Shown here: in pieces, positions 45,457-54,197 of the stretch
How the letters are laid out: the number at the start of each line of letters is the position of its first letter
Position numbering within the stretch: position 1 is the stretch's first letter
Source: Myxococcota bacterium
GTDB lineage: Bacteria > Myxococcota_A > UBA796 > CAJQPC01
DNA length: 64,000 bases
Assembly (NCBI GenBank): GCA_036012755.1
Contig: DASCPX010000043.1
Span: forward strand, 32,001-96,000
Reading direction: 5' to 3'
Notes under the pieces: generated by a model
Told to the model about the DNA's origin: nothing
What the model saw: the letters and a program-made list of their open reading frames with translations, nothing else
Database searches by the model: none
Program-made: the position numbers and the translations under genes

Positions 45457-46320
45457 ATGAGCAACGAGCTTCACACCACCCAGTCTCACACCGAAGTCTA
45501 CCCGGACGCAGAGACCATCATGGATCGCTTGGAGCGACGCTGGACGCTCGCGAGCCATCGACCGCCGCTGACACCCAACATCGCGCGCCAGGTCGTCCGC
45601 ATGGCTCACCTGCCGGACGTCACCCGGCGAGAGGCGATGGACCTCTTTGGTCAGTCCCCGATCCTGACCGCCGCTCTGTTGCGCGAGGCCCAGCGCTCAG
45701 GCCCAGCGACGAGCCTCCCAGAGGCCATCGAGATGCTAGGACTCGCACGCACCCGGGCGGTCCTCCTGCGCTTCGCCTACGACCTGAAGATGGTCGGACA
45801 GCCCGATGTCATCACGGCGATCACCGCCATCCAGCTCCACGGCTGGCGCTGCGCCAGGGTGGCCGAGGTCATCTGCCGCTACACCTCGCTGAACGCGGAC
45901 CGGGCGCGCGCCTGCGCCCTGCTCCAGGACATCGGACTCATCGCCGGTCTCTGCGCGCTCACCGACAGCGCCCCTGGCGTGGCGCCGCCGCACATCAGCA
46001 AGTGCATGAGGATGCTCGATGCCGGCCACGAGACCCTGTCGTGGTTCGTCGCCGAGTGCTGGGGCCTCCCCCACGAGCTGCAGGACGTGTTGGCCGCTCA
46101 CCACGACGTCCGCGTCGGCGGCTACCGCCACCCCTACTGCGCGGTCCTCGTCATCACGCAGGCGGTCGTCGCAGAGCTGGGCCTCGACATGTCCGTGGAC
46201 GGCATGCCCTGCCGCACGCCGGAGTCCGCGCAGTTCGTCGACGCGCTCGACGCACTCGGTCTCACCGAGATGCAGTTCCTCCTGATCCGCAAGCAATCCC
46301 GGAGTTCACTCACGGGTTAG
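45457..46320 (+). CDS. HDOD-domain protein
   Basis: 'SLPEAIEMLG', 'HGWRCARVA', 'ALLQDIG' (HD replaced by QD), 'H...WGLP...HH'. Confidence 0.8.
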   Translation: MSNELHTTQSHTEVYPDAETIMDRLERRWTLASHRPPLTPNIARQVVRMAHLPDVTRREAMDLFGQSPILTAALLREAQRSGPATSLPEAIEMLGLARTRAVLLRFAYDLKMVGQPDVITAITAIQLHGWRCARVAEVICRYTSLNADRARACALLQDIGLIAGLCALTDSAPGVAPPHISKCMRMLDAGHETLSWFVAECWGLPHELQDVLAAHHDVRVGGYRHPYCAVLVITQAVVAELGLDMSVDGMPCRTPESAQFVDALDALGLTEMQFLLIRKQSRSSLTG

Positions 46321-46369
46321 CGAGGTTCCTCCGGGGCTTTCCTTCCCGTGCCCCGAGCTCGCTTGCCCA

Positions 46370-46420
46370 CGGCCTCCCCGAGGGATACCTACCGTTCGGT
46401 ATACAACCTCGGGGAGGCCG
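46370..46420. promoter_or_regulatory. 14-bp perfect inverted repeat enclosing a TetR-type palindrome TACCG-TT-CGGTA and including the tetR RBS
   Basis: CGGCCTCCCCGAGG (46370-46383) pairs with CCTCGGGGAGGCCG (46407-46420); inner palindrome at 46390-46401. Confidence 0.75.
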
Positions 46421-46421
46421 C

Positions 46422-47006
46422 TTGCGGACCCCAGCCACCGGCACGCGCCAGCGCATCATCGACGAGGGCACCAGGCTCTTCGCCGAGCAGGGCTACGCGG
46501 GCACGAGCGTGCGCCAGATCGTCGAGGCCGCCGGCGTCACGAAGCCGACCCTCTACTACTGGTTCGGAAACAAGGAGGGCCTCTTCGGCGCTCTCGTAGA
46601 CGTCCACATGGGTCACTGGTTCGAGGTGCTGGAGGCCATCGTGAACGGCGAAGGCAGCGCCCTCGAGCGCCTCGACGCCTACCTCCGGGCCTCGCTGCGA
46701 GAGGCCAGGGACAAGCCAGAGGTCCTCTCCTTCCTCGCTCAGGCCTTCCACCAGGCGGGCCAGGGCGCCACGGGGGTCGACTGCACGCGCTTCGTCGCGA
46801 CCGAAGCCCGACTCCTGACCCAGCTCGCAGCAGATGGCATCGAGGCCGGCGAGCTCCGCGCGGGGCTCCGGCCGGACGACGTAGCCCTTGCCGCGATCGG
46901 CCTCGTGCACATCCGTATCGGCGCCTGCCTGCACGGGGGCGTTCCGCTCTCGGAAGAGGCCGCCGCCGCCGCCGCCGACATCCTTCTAAACGGAGTGAGC
47001 CCTTGA
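46422..47006 (+). CDS. TetR/AcrR family regulator
   Basis: TTG start after GGGGAGG; 'LFAEQGYAGTSVRQIVEAAGVTKPTLYYWFGNKEGL'. Confidence 0.92.
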   Translation: MRTPATGTRQRIIDEGTRLFAEQGYAGTSVRQIVEAAGVTKPTLYYWFGNKEGLFGALVDVHMGHWFEVLEAIVNGEGSALERLDAYLRASLREARDKPEVLSFLAQAFHQAGQGATGVDCTRFVATEARLLTQLAADGIEAGELRAGLRPDDVALAAIGLVHIRIGACLHGGVPLSEEAAAAAADILLNGVSP

Positions 47007-48052
47007 TCCTGCTGCTGTCGCTCATGTCCTGCTCCGACTCCAGCGCCGAAGGCGAGACGCGCGAGGCGATGGACCTCCCGGACGCGCCAGGGGTGCGCGT
47101 CGAGACCGCGGTGCTGAAGCCCGCAGAGGCCAAGGTCGAGCTGTCCTTGCCCGCCGAGGTGCTCGCGTCCTCTGACTCCACCCTCGCTGCACCCCTCGGC
47201 GGCTACGTCGAGGGCGTCCTGGTCGAGGCCGGCCAGCGGGTTCGCAAGGGGCAGGTGCTGGCGCGGGTCGATGTGCGGACCCGGGCCGCCCAGACCGAGA
47301 TCGCCACCGCCCAGGCCGAGCAGGCCGAGGCCGAGCTCGAGCGCATCCTCGCCCTGGGCGACGGGGCCTCTGACCAGCAGGTCCTGGCTACCCGGACCCA
47401 GGCTCGCGTCGCCCGCGCCAACGCGGATCTGGCCGAGATCAACCTCCAGCGCGGGGTCGTCGTGGCCCCCTTCTCCGGACGCATCGCAGAGGTCTTCGTC
47501 GAGGTCGGCGAGGTGGCCGGCCCGGGCACACCGGTGGTCCGGGTGGTCCGAACCGACGTCGTCACTGTCGAGGTGAGCGTGAACGACCGGGACGTGAGCC
47601 AGCTGCAGATCGGGCAGGAGGTGGAGTTCCGGACCCAGTCCCTTCCAGATGTCTTCGAGGGGACCATCACGAATGTCGGCGCCGCGGCCTCGACCAAGAC
47701 ACGGACATTCCGCGCTCAGGTCGAGATCCCCAACCCGGACGACGAGCTGTTGCCGGGCATGCTGGGCAGGGTCTCACTCAGGCGGATCCTGGCCGATGAA
47801 GCCATCGTCATCCCCCAGGACTGGATCGTCACCGCGCTGGACTCCAGCGGGGTCTTCGTCGACCACGCCGGCGTCGCCCAGTGGCGCGAGCTGGACATCG
47901 CGAGCTTCGCGGCCGACCAGGCGATCATCGAGGACGGCCTGCAAGTGGGCGAGGCGGTCGTCTCGGTCGGAGGCAGGGACGTCACCGACGGAGACGCGCT
48001 CATAGTCGTCCGAAGCGGCACTTGCTGCGACAACGGCCAGGTCGTCTGGTAG
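47003..48052 (+). CDS. RND efflux membrane fusion protein
   Basis: Lipoyl-like 'GYVEGVLVEAGQRVRKGQVLA', 'VVAPFSGRI...GEV', 'TRTF', 'LLPGM'. Confidence 0.92.
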   Translation: MILLLSLMSCSDSSAEGETREAMDLPDAPGVRVETAVLKPAEAKVELSLPAEVLASSDSTLAAPLGGYVEGVLVEAGQRVRKGQVLARVDVRTRAAQTEIATAQAEQAEAELERILALGDGASDQQVLATRTQARVARANADLAEINLQRGVVVAPFSGRIAEVFVEVGEVAGPGTPVVRVVRTDVVTVEVSVNDRDVSQLQIGQEVEFRTQSLPDVFEGTITNVGAAASTKTRTFRAQVEIPNPDDELLPGMLGRVSLRRILADEAIVIPQDWIVTALDSSGVFVDHAGVAQWRELDIASFAADQAIIEDGLQVGEAVVSVGGRDVTDGDALIVVRSGTCCDNGQVVW

Positions 48053-48058
48053 GTCACG

Positions 48059-51000
48059 ATGAAGTGGGCACGCTGGCTCGTCGAGCACCCGACGACCGTC
48101 CTGGTGGCGGTCCTCGCATCCCTCTACTTCGGCGTCGTCGCGTACAAGACGCTGCCTCGAGAGTCGACCCCCGACATCACGATCCCGGTGGTCGTGGTCA
48201 GCACGCCGTACTTCGGCGTCTCGCCAGAGGACATCGAGTCCCTCGTCACGATCCCGATGGAGCGCAAGCTCAAGGATCTCAAGGACGTGGACAATATGAC
48301 GTCCACCTCCTACGAGGGCGCCTCCGCCGTGGTGCTCGAGTTCGACCCCGACATCGACATCGACGACGCCCTGCAGAAGGTGCGGGAGAAGGTCGACGCG
48401 GCCGAAGCGGATCTGCCAGAAGACGCCGAGGACCCGGTGGTCCAGGAGATCTCGTTCTCGGACATCCCGATCCTCATCGTCTCGATGACCGGGCCCCAGG
48501 ACGAGGAGTTGCTCAAGAACCTCGCAGAAGACCTCGCGGACGAGATCGAGGCAGTCCCGGGCGTGCTCGACGTGAAGGTCTCCGGAGGCCTCACCCGGGA
48601 GTTCAAGATCCTCGTCGATCCCGACCGGCTGGCGCTCTACGAGGTGAGCTTCAACGACATCCTCCGCGGGATGCAGTCGGAGAACGTGAACATCCCGGGG
48701 GGCACGGTCGACGCCGACCGGACGAACTACCTGCTGCGTGTCCCCGGAGAGCTGGGCTCGGCCGAGGACATCCGGGCGGTGCCGCTCAAGAACGTGGGTG
48801 GGCAGACGGTCTTCGTGCGCGACGTCGCGCGGGTGGTCGACGGCTACGCGGAGCGCGCGACCTACGCGCGGATGAACGGCACGCCGAGCATCAGCCTGTC
48901 GATCCAGAAGCGCGTCGGAGAGAACATCATCCAGACCGCCCAGGCCTCGCGCGAGGTCGTAGAGAAGGAAGCCGAGGGCTGGCCGGAGGGTGTCGAGTAC
49001 GCCTTGCTGGCGGACCAGAGTCGCGAGATCGAGGCGATGGTCTCGGAGCTGGAGAACAACATCCTCTCGGGCCTCATCCTCGTCGTCGGCGTCCTGCTGT
49101 TCTTCATGGGCTTCCGCAACAGCTGGTTCGTCGGGCTCGCCATCCCCTTGTCGATGTTCCTCTCCTTCATGGTCATCCAGGCGCTGGGGATGACCCTGAA
49201 CATGGTCGTCTTGTTCAGCCTGATCCTCGCGCTGGGCATGCTCGTCGACAACGCGATCGTCATCGTCGAGAACATCTACCGCCACCTCGAGATGGGCAAG
49301 ACCCACGTCGAAGCGGCGATCGAGGGTGTGTCGGAGGTGGCCCTGCCCGTGGCGACCTCGACCTTGACGACCGTGCTCGCCTTCGCGCCGATGCTCGTCT
49401 GGAAGGGCATCATGGGCGAGTTCATGGTCTTCCTGCCGAAGACCCTGATCATCGTCCTGACCTCTTCGCTGGTGGTGGCGCTGGTCGTCATCCCCGCTGC
49501 GACGTCGCGGTGGATGAAGCAGGTGGCGACCGGCACCGACCTGTCCTCTGGCGTGGTCGCGGAGGGGGGCCTCTACGGCGTCCTGATAAGGCGCTACAAG
49601 CGTCTGCTCGAATGGTCCATCGACCACCGCTACGTCAGCTTCTTCGGCCTGGGGCTGCCGATCCTCGTCGGCACCCTCGTGGTCTACGGCGTCTTCAACC
49701 ACGGCACCGAGTTCTTCCCCCAGACCGAGCCCAACCGCGCCATCGTCCAGATCACCGCTCCGGACGGCACCGGCATGGAGGTCACGGACCGCATCGCCCG
49801 CCAGCTCGAGATGGTGTTGGACACGGAGTCCGACGTCGACACCTACATCACAGAGGTGGGCGTGGCCACGGGCTCGGATGGCTTCGGCTTCGGGAGCTCC
49901 AGCGTTCCCCACTCGGCCCGCATCACGGTCGACTTCAAGCCAACCATCGGCAAGGCCCGCGAGGGCGAAGCGGTACGCGAGGGCAACACCTTCGACGCCA
50001 TCGACAGGGTGCGCACGACCGCCAGCTTCGTCGTGGGAGCAGACGTCATGGTCGACAAGATCCAGGAGGGCCCGCCCGTGGGGCTGCCCATCTCGATCGA
50101 GGTCACCGGCGAGGACGTCCACGAGATCGGTCGCGTCTCTCACGAGGTCCGCCGCAAGCTCGCTGGCATCGCCGGTGTCGTGGACATCACGGACGACTAC
50201 CGCGTGGGCCGCCCGGAGCTGCGCTTCGACGTCGACCGGGCAGCGACGAAGCGGGTGGGCGCCTCGACCGCGACGGTGGCCAACACCTTGCGCACCGCAG
50301 TCGCGGGCACGAAGGCCTCTGTGATTCGGGAGGGCGAGGAGGAGTACGACATCGTCGTGTCCCTCGACGAGCGCTTCACAGAGGACATCCCGTCGATCCT
50401 GGCTCTGCACGTTCCGGGCAAGGACAACCTGATGGTGCCGCTGTCGACGCTGGCGACGGCCCGGACCCGCGGTGGCGCCGGCAGCATCAAGCACAAAGAC
50501 CGTGAGAAGATCGTGCGTATTTCCGCAGACGTGGCGGACGGCTACCGCGTGGACCTCGTCCAGGCCGAGGTCGCCACCCTCATCGCAGAGTACCCGACGC
50601 CCGAGACCGTGCGCCTCGATATGGGCGGCGCCAACGAGGAGGAGGCCAAGGCGCAGGCCTTCTTGAGTCGGGCCTTCCTCATAGCCGTGTGCCTCATGTT
50701 CATGGTGCTCGTGACACAGTTCGACTCGGTCATGCGTCCCTTCATCATCCTCGGCAGCGTCGTGCTGTCGCTCATCGGGGTCCTGTGGGGGCTGCTCATC
50801 ACGGGCACGCCCTTCGGCATCATGATGACGGGTGTCGGGGTCATCTCCCTGGCCGGCGTGGTCGTCAACAACGCAATCGTCCTGCTCGACTACATCGAGC
50901 TCCAACGCAAGCGGGGCCACGACATGCGCTCGGCCCTCGTCAGCGCCGGACTGGTGCGGTTCCGGCCGGTCGTCTTGACCGCGATCACGACCATCCTCGG

Positions 51001-52573
51001 ACTCATTCCGATGGCGACAGGGGTCAGCTTCGACTTCAAGAAGATGACCCTCATCACAGGCGGTGAGTCCGCCGCTTTCTGGGGCCCGATGGCCGTCGCG
51101 GTCATCTTCGGGCTGGCCGTGGCGACTGTGCTCACGCTGGTGATGGTGCCGACCATGTACTCGATCACAGAAGACATCGGCGGCCAGGGCGGCCGGCTCA
51201 TCGCCCTGTTGAAGCGCCTCTTCGCGGGCAAGGAAAAGGCCGCGGTGGCGGCGGTGGTGGTGGTCGGCCTGCTCGTCCCCGGCGCCGCGGATGCAGGCGA
51301 GCGGGTCACGCTGGACCAGGCGCTCTCGGCGGCCCACGCCAACAACCTGGATCTGAAGATCGTGCACGAGAACACGGTCCAGGCCGAGGCGATGATGGGC
51401 CAGGCGTTCTCGACCCTGTCGCCGAGGCTGCAGGCGAACGGCAACTACACCTACAACAAGGACGAGGTGCTGCTGGAGTTCGACCTCGACATGGCGGACT
51501 ACATCAGCGAGGGCGCCCCGGAGCAGTTCACGGAGTACCTGACGACGCCCCCACCCTCGGAGCCGACCGTCATCCAGGCCCAGCAGTACTACGACGCCAA
51601 CGCCTCGGTCGTGCAGCCACTCTTCAACGCCCCCGCCCTCCCCCTGATGAGGGGCGCGAAGGCCCAGAGATCCGCGACCTACCTCGACGAGGACCACACC
51701 CGGGCGATGGTGGACCTGGCGGTGACGCAGTCCTACTACGGCCTCGTCGTGGCCAGGGACGGCCTGGGGCTGGCGACGGACGCGGTGGACAACGGCGAGG
51801 CTCACCTGGCGCTGGCGCAGAGGAGCGTAGAGGCAGGCGCCGCGGCCCCCCTGGCGGCGATGCAGGCCGAGCTGGGCCTCTCTCGGGCCCGCCGGGCGCT
51901 GGCGGACGCCGAGGCGCAGCTGGTCCTCGCGGAGGAGACCTTCGCGCTCATGACCGGCCTGCCGAAGGACTCAGAGGTCGTGATGCCCCCCATGCCGCAG
52001 GCCCCGGTGGCTTCGCTGGAGGCTGCGCTCTCGACCATCGATGGGCGCGCCGATGTCCAGTCCGCCTACTTCTACGCGGACATGGCGCAGTACCAGCTCC
52101 GGGCGGATCAGCTCGGCTGGCTGCCCAGCGTCGACGGCCGCTTCACCTACAGCTGGACCGAGAACACGGGCTTCTCGGGAGATCCCACGTGGTGGATGAT
52201 CGCCGTCACCGCCCAGTGGACCGCCTGGGACGGCGGCTACCGACTCAACACGAACAAGGAGTGGGCATCCAGGGCACGCCAGGCCGACTATGCCGCACAG
52301 AAGGCGCGCCTGGAGGCGAGTCAGGACATCCGCGTCGCCTGGCAGCGCTGGCAGGCGGCGACCACCGGCTACGCGATGGTCGAGCAGGAGCTGGCCCTCG
52401 CGGAGGAGACCCTGGGGCTCGCCACCCGCGGCTTCGAAGCCGGCGCCAACTCCTGGCTCGAGGTCCAGGACGCCCAGCTCTCACTGGACCAGGCGAAGCT
52501 CGGGATGTTGACCGAGCGCATGGCCCGAGATCTCGCGGCGGCGCAGCTCTCTGTCGCGGTCGGCGACTACTGA
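48059..52573 (+). CDS. AcrB-family RND permease fused to TolC-like outer-membrane factor
   Basis: RND motifs 'LVDNAIVIVEN', 'VVNNAIVLLD' and 'RFRPVVLT'. After ~aa 1080: 'VTLDQAL...NNLDL', 'QPLF', 'YYGL', 'GWLPSV', 'FEAG...LEV.DAQ' (OMF). No stop codon between the halves. Confidence 0.9.
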   Translation: MKWARWLVEHPTTVLVAVLASLYFGVVAYKTLPRESTPDITIPVVVVSTPYFGVSPEDIESLVTIPMERKLKDLKDVDNMTSTSYEGASAVVLEFDPDIDIDDALQKVREKVDAAEADLPEDAEDPVVQEISFSDIPILIVSMTGPQDEELLKNLAEDLADEIEAVPGVLDVKVSGGLTREFKILVDPDRLALYEVSFNDILRGMQSENVNIPGGTVDADRTNYLLRVPGELGSAEDIRAVPLKNVGGQTVFVRDVARVVDGYAERATYARMNGTPSISLSIQKRVGENIIQTAQASREVVEKEAEGWPEGVEYALLADQSREIEAMVSELENNILSGLILVVGVLLFFMGFRNSWFVGLAIPLSMFLSFMVIQALGMTLNMVVLFSLILALGMLVDNAIVIVENIYRHLEMGKTHVEAAIEGVSEVALPVATSTLTTVLAFAPMLVWKGIMGEFMVFLPKTLIIVLTSSLVVALVVIPAATSRWMKQVATGTDLSSGVVAEGGLYGVLIRRYKRLLEWSIDHRYVSFFGLGLPILVGTLVVYGVFNHGTEFFPQTEPNRAIVQITAPDGTGMEVTDRIARQLEMVLDTESDVDTYITEVGVATGSDGFGFGSSSVPHSARITVDFKPTIGKAREGEAVREGNTFDAIDRVRTTASFVVGADVMVDKIQEGPPVGLPISIEVTGEDVHEIGRVSHEVRRKLAGIAGVVDITDDYRVGRPELRFDVDRAATKRVGASTATVANTLRTAVAGTKASVIREGEEEYDIVVSLDERFTEDIPSILALHVPGKDNLMVPLSTLATARTRGGAGSIKHKDREKIVRISADVADGYRVDLVQAEVATLIAEYPTPETVRLDMGGANEEEAKAQAFLSRAFLIAVCLMFMVLVTQFDSVMRPFIILGSVVLSLIGVLWGLLITGTPFGIMMTGVGVISLAGVVVNNAIVLLDYIELQRKRGHDMRSALVSAGLVRFRPVVLTAITTILGLIPMATGVSFDFKKMTLITGGESAAFWGPMAVAVIFGLAVATVLTLVMVPTMYSITEDIGGQGGRLIALLKRLFAGKEKAAVAAVVVVGLLVPGAADAGERVTLDQALSAAHANNLDLKIVHENTVQAEAMMGQAFSTLSPRLQANGNYTYNKDEVLLEFDLDMADYISEGAPEQFTEYLTTPPPSEPTVIQAQQYYDANASVVQPLFNAPALPLMRGAKAQRSATYLDEDHTRAMVDLAVTQSYYGLVVARDGLGLATDAVDNGEAHLALAQRSVEAGAAAPLAAMQAELGLSRARRALADAEAQLVLAEETFALMTGLPKDSEVVMPPMPQAPVASLEAALSTIDGRADVQSAYFYADMAQYQLRADQLGWLPSVDGRFTYSWTENTGFSGDPTWWMIAVTAQWTAWDGGYRLNTNKEWASRARQADYAAQKARLEASQDIRVAWQRWQAATTGYAMVEQELALAEETLGLATRGFEAGANSWLEVQDAQLSLDQAKLGMLTERMARDLAAAQLSVAVGDY

Positions 52574-52613
52574 ACCCTGCGGCTTTGGGCTACCGTCTGC
52601 CCGGAGGCTCAAC

Positions 52614-52799
52614 ATGGACCTGAAGTGCCCGAAATGCGACAAGGCGATGGAACAGGCATTCGTGCGCGCCGGCGTCATCGGCTGGTGTCCGGAGAAGGGC
52701 TACCTCGCGCTGAAGGGGCGAGAGCGCCTCAACGTCGAGGGCGCCGCTGAGGCGTGGCGCTGCCGGGACTGCAAGGTCGTGCTGATCCAGCACAGCTGA
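52614..52799 (+). CDS. small zinc-ribbon protein
   Basis: CPKC...CRDC; GGAGG RBS. Confidence 0.75.
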   Translation: MDLKCPKCDKAMEQAFVRAGVIGWCPEKGYLALKGRERLNVEGAAEAWRCRDCKVVLIQHS

Positions 52800-52815
52800 C
52801 GGGGCGATGTCTTCG

Positions 52816-52860
52816 AGGGGGCGACCTCTGCAGGTCGCCCCCTGGCCCGCAAGCGGGCCA
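52816..52860. repeat. two adjacent GC-rich hairpins (REP-like)
   Basis: AGGGGGCGACCT-CTGC-AGGTCGCCCCCT (52816-52843) and TGGCCCGC-AA-GCGGGCCA (52843-52860). Confidence 0.7.
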
Positions 52861-52969
52861 CCCCACCCAGCAGCAGCGCGCCCGACCCCTCTCCTCACGG
52901 GCGTGCAAGCGCCAACCCGCTGGCGCTCCTCTGACCCCCAATGATGACCTCCACGGTTATACTCCCGGT

Positions 52970-53206
52970 ATGAAGACCGCGATCTCCCTCCCCGACGAAC
53001 TCTTCCTCCGGGCAGACACGTTCGCCCGCCGAACCGGGCGGACGCGCAGTCAGCTCTATGCGGACGCTCTCCGTGAGTTCCTCGCCCGCTGGGACGAGGC
53101 CGATGTGACCGCGGCCCTCGACCTCGTCTGTCGCGAGGTCGACTCCAGCCTTCCAGAGGAGTACGCAGCCAACGCGCGGGAGCTGCTCGCAGGCGAAGAC
53201 TGGTGA
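52970..53206 (+). CDS. ribbon-helix-helix antitoxin (MazE/ChpI-like)
   Basis: 'MKTAISLPDELF...TRSQLYADALREFL'; GTGA overlap with the toxin gene. Confidence 0.88.
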   Translation: MKTAISLPDELFLRADTFARRTGRTRSQLYADALREFLARWDEADVTAALDLVCREVDSSLPEEYAANARELLAGEDW

Positions 53207-53565
53207 TCATCAAGCAAGGGGACGTGTGCTGGGCGAACCTCGGCGACCCGACCGGCTCGGGTCCAGACTACAGGCGCCCTGTGATCGTCGTACAAGGGGA
53301 CGCCTTCAACCGCAGCACCATCCGCACCGCCGCCTGCGTTCCCCTGACGAGCAACCTGAAGTGGGCAGGAGCGCCGGGCAACGTCGAGCTCACGGCCAGG
53401 CAGACAGGCCTCCCGAAGCCCTCCGTGGCCAATGTCTCCCAGATCGTGGCGCTCGACCGGACGATCCTCTCGCCCCGCGTCGGCCAGCTCTCCCCAGCGA
53501 AGCTCGCTCTCGTCATCTCTGGCATCGACCAGGTCCTGGGCCGGTCCACGTCTGTGTGGGGCTAG
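53203..53565 (+). CDS. mazF: PemK/MazF-family endoribonuclease toxin
   Basis: 'QGDVCWANL...GS.P...RPVIVVQGDAFN...VPLTSN...GLPKPSVANVSQI'. Confidence 0.9.
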   Translation: MIIKQGDVCWANLGDPTGSGPDYRRPVIVVQGDAFNRSTIRTAACVPLTSNLKWAGAPGNVELTARQTGLPKPSVANVSQIVALDRTILSPRVGQLSPAKLALVISGIDQVLGRSTSVWG

Positions 53566-54191
53566 GCCGAGTACACCGTCTTGCGCAGGGTCGACTTCAC
53601 CGCGCGGATGCTCTCGTCATAGGCCTCGAAGGTGCCCTCCATGTCCATCAGGCCCCGAACCCAGGTCATCTCGCTCGCCTCGAGCGTCTCGTGGAGCGAG
53701 TCGCCTCCTTCGAGCCAGACGACCAGGTCCTCGAGCCCGTCGACGAGCACGTTGTGCTCCTCGAAGAGGTGAGCGGAGACCTTGACGTCCTCTGTGATCT
53801 CCACGACCTCTGCCCTCAGCTCCAGCAACCGACGCATCTGCTCGCCGTAGGTCCGCGCGGATCCGTGAGCGTTCATCAGGTCGCGGGCGCTCATGATGGT
53901 CCCGTGCACGTCCCGGACCCGGCGCAGGAAGTCCTCGCGCTGCCGAGCCCGTGCCGCGGCGCGGTCCCTCGAAGCGAGCACATCGTCCACGAAGGGCTTG
54001 ACCCAGATGCCCACGAGCAGCAGCAGCGCCAGCTCCAGGAGCCCACCGCCGAGCTCGGTCCTGCAGTCCTCTGGACCGAGCAGGCCGAAGGCCGCCCCTG
54101 CCAGCGGCAGACCGATCGCCAGCGAGAGGAGTATGCGCGGCAGCACCCGGCCGATCAGGCGAGACCTGGAGACCTCCTGTGCTCGCAGCAT
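53562..54191 (-). CDS. hypothetical membrane protein
   Basis: Two TM segments followed by a helical domain. Confidence 0.65.
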   Translation of the reverse strand: MLRAQEVSRSRLIGRVLPRILLSLAIGLPLAGAAFGLLGPEDCRTELGGGLLELALLLLVGIWVKPFVDDVLASRDRAAARARQREDFLRRVRDVHGTIMSARDLMNAHGSARTYGEQMRRLLELRAEVVEITEDVKVSAHLFEEHNVLVDGLEDLVVWLEGGDSLHETLEASEMTWVRGLMDMEGTFEAYDESIRAVKSTLRKTVYSA

Positions 54192-54197
54192 GCCCCA

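Noticed and set aside
4274..51805. Very long antisense or alternate-frame ORFs (for example 4274-7228+, 11172-15347+, 17376-20468-, 32288-35272+, 47774-51805-)
   Set aside because: These are shadow ORFs expected in high-GC DNA. They overlap well-supported genes and have Arg/Pro/Gly-rich or antisense-typical composition with no motifs.
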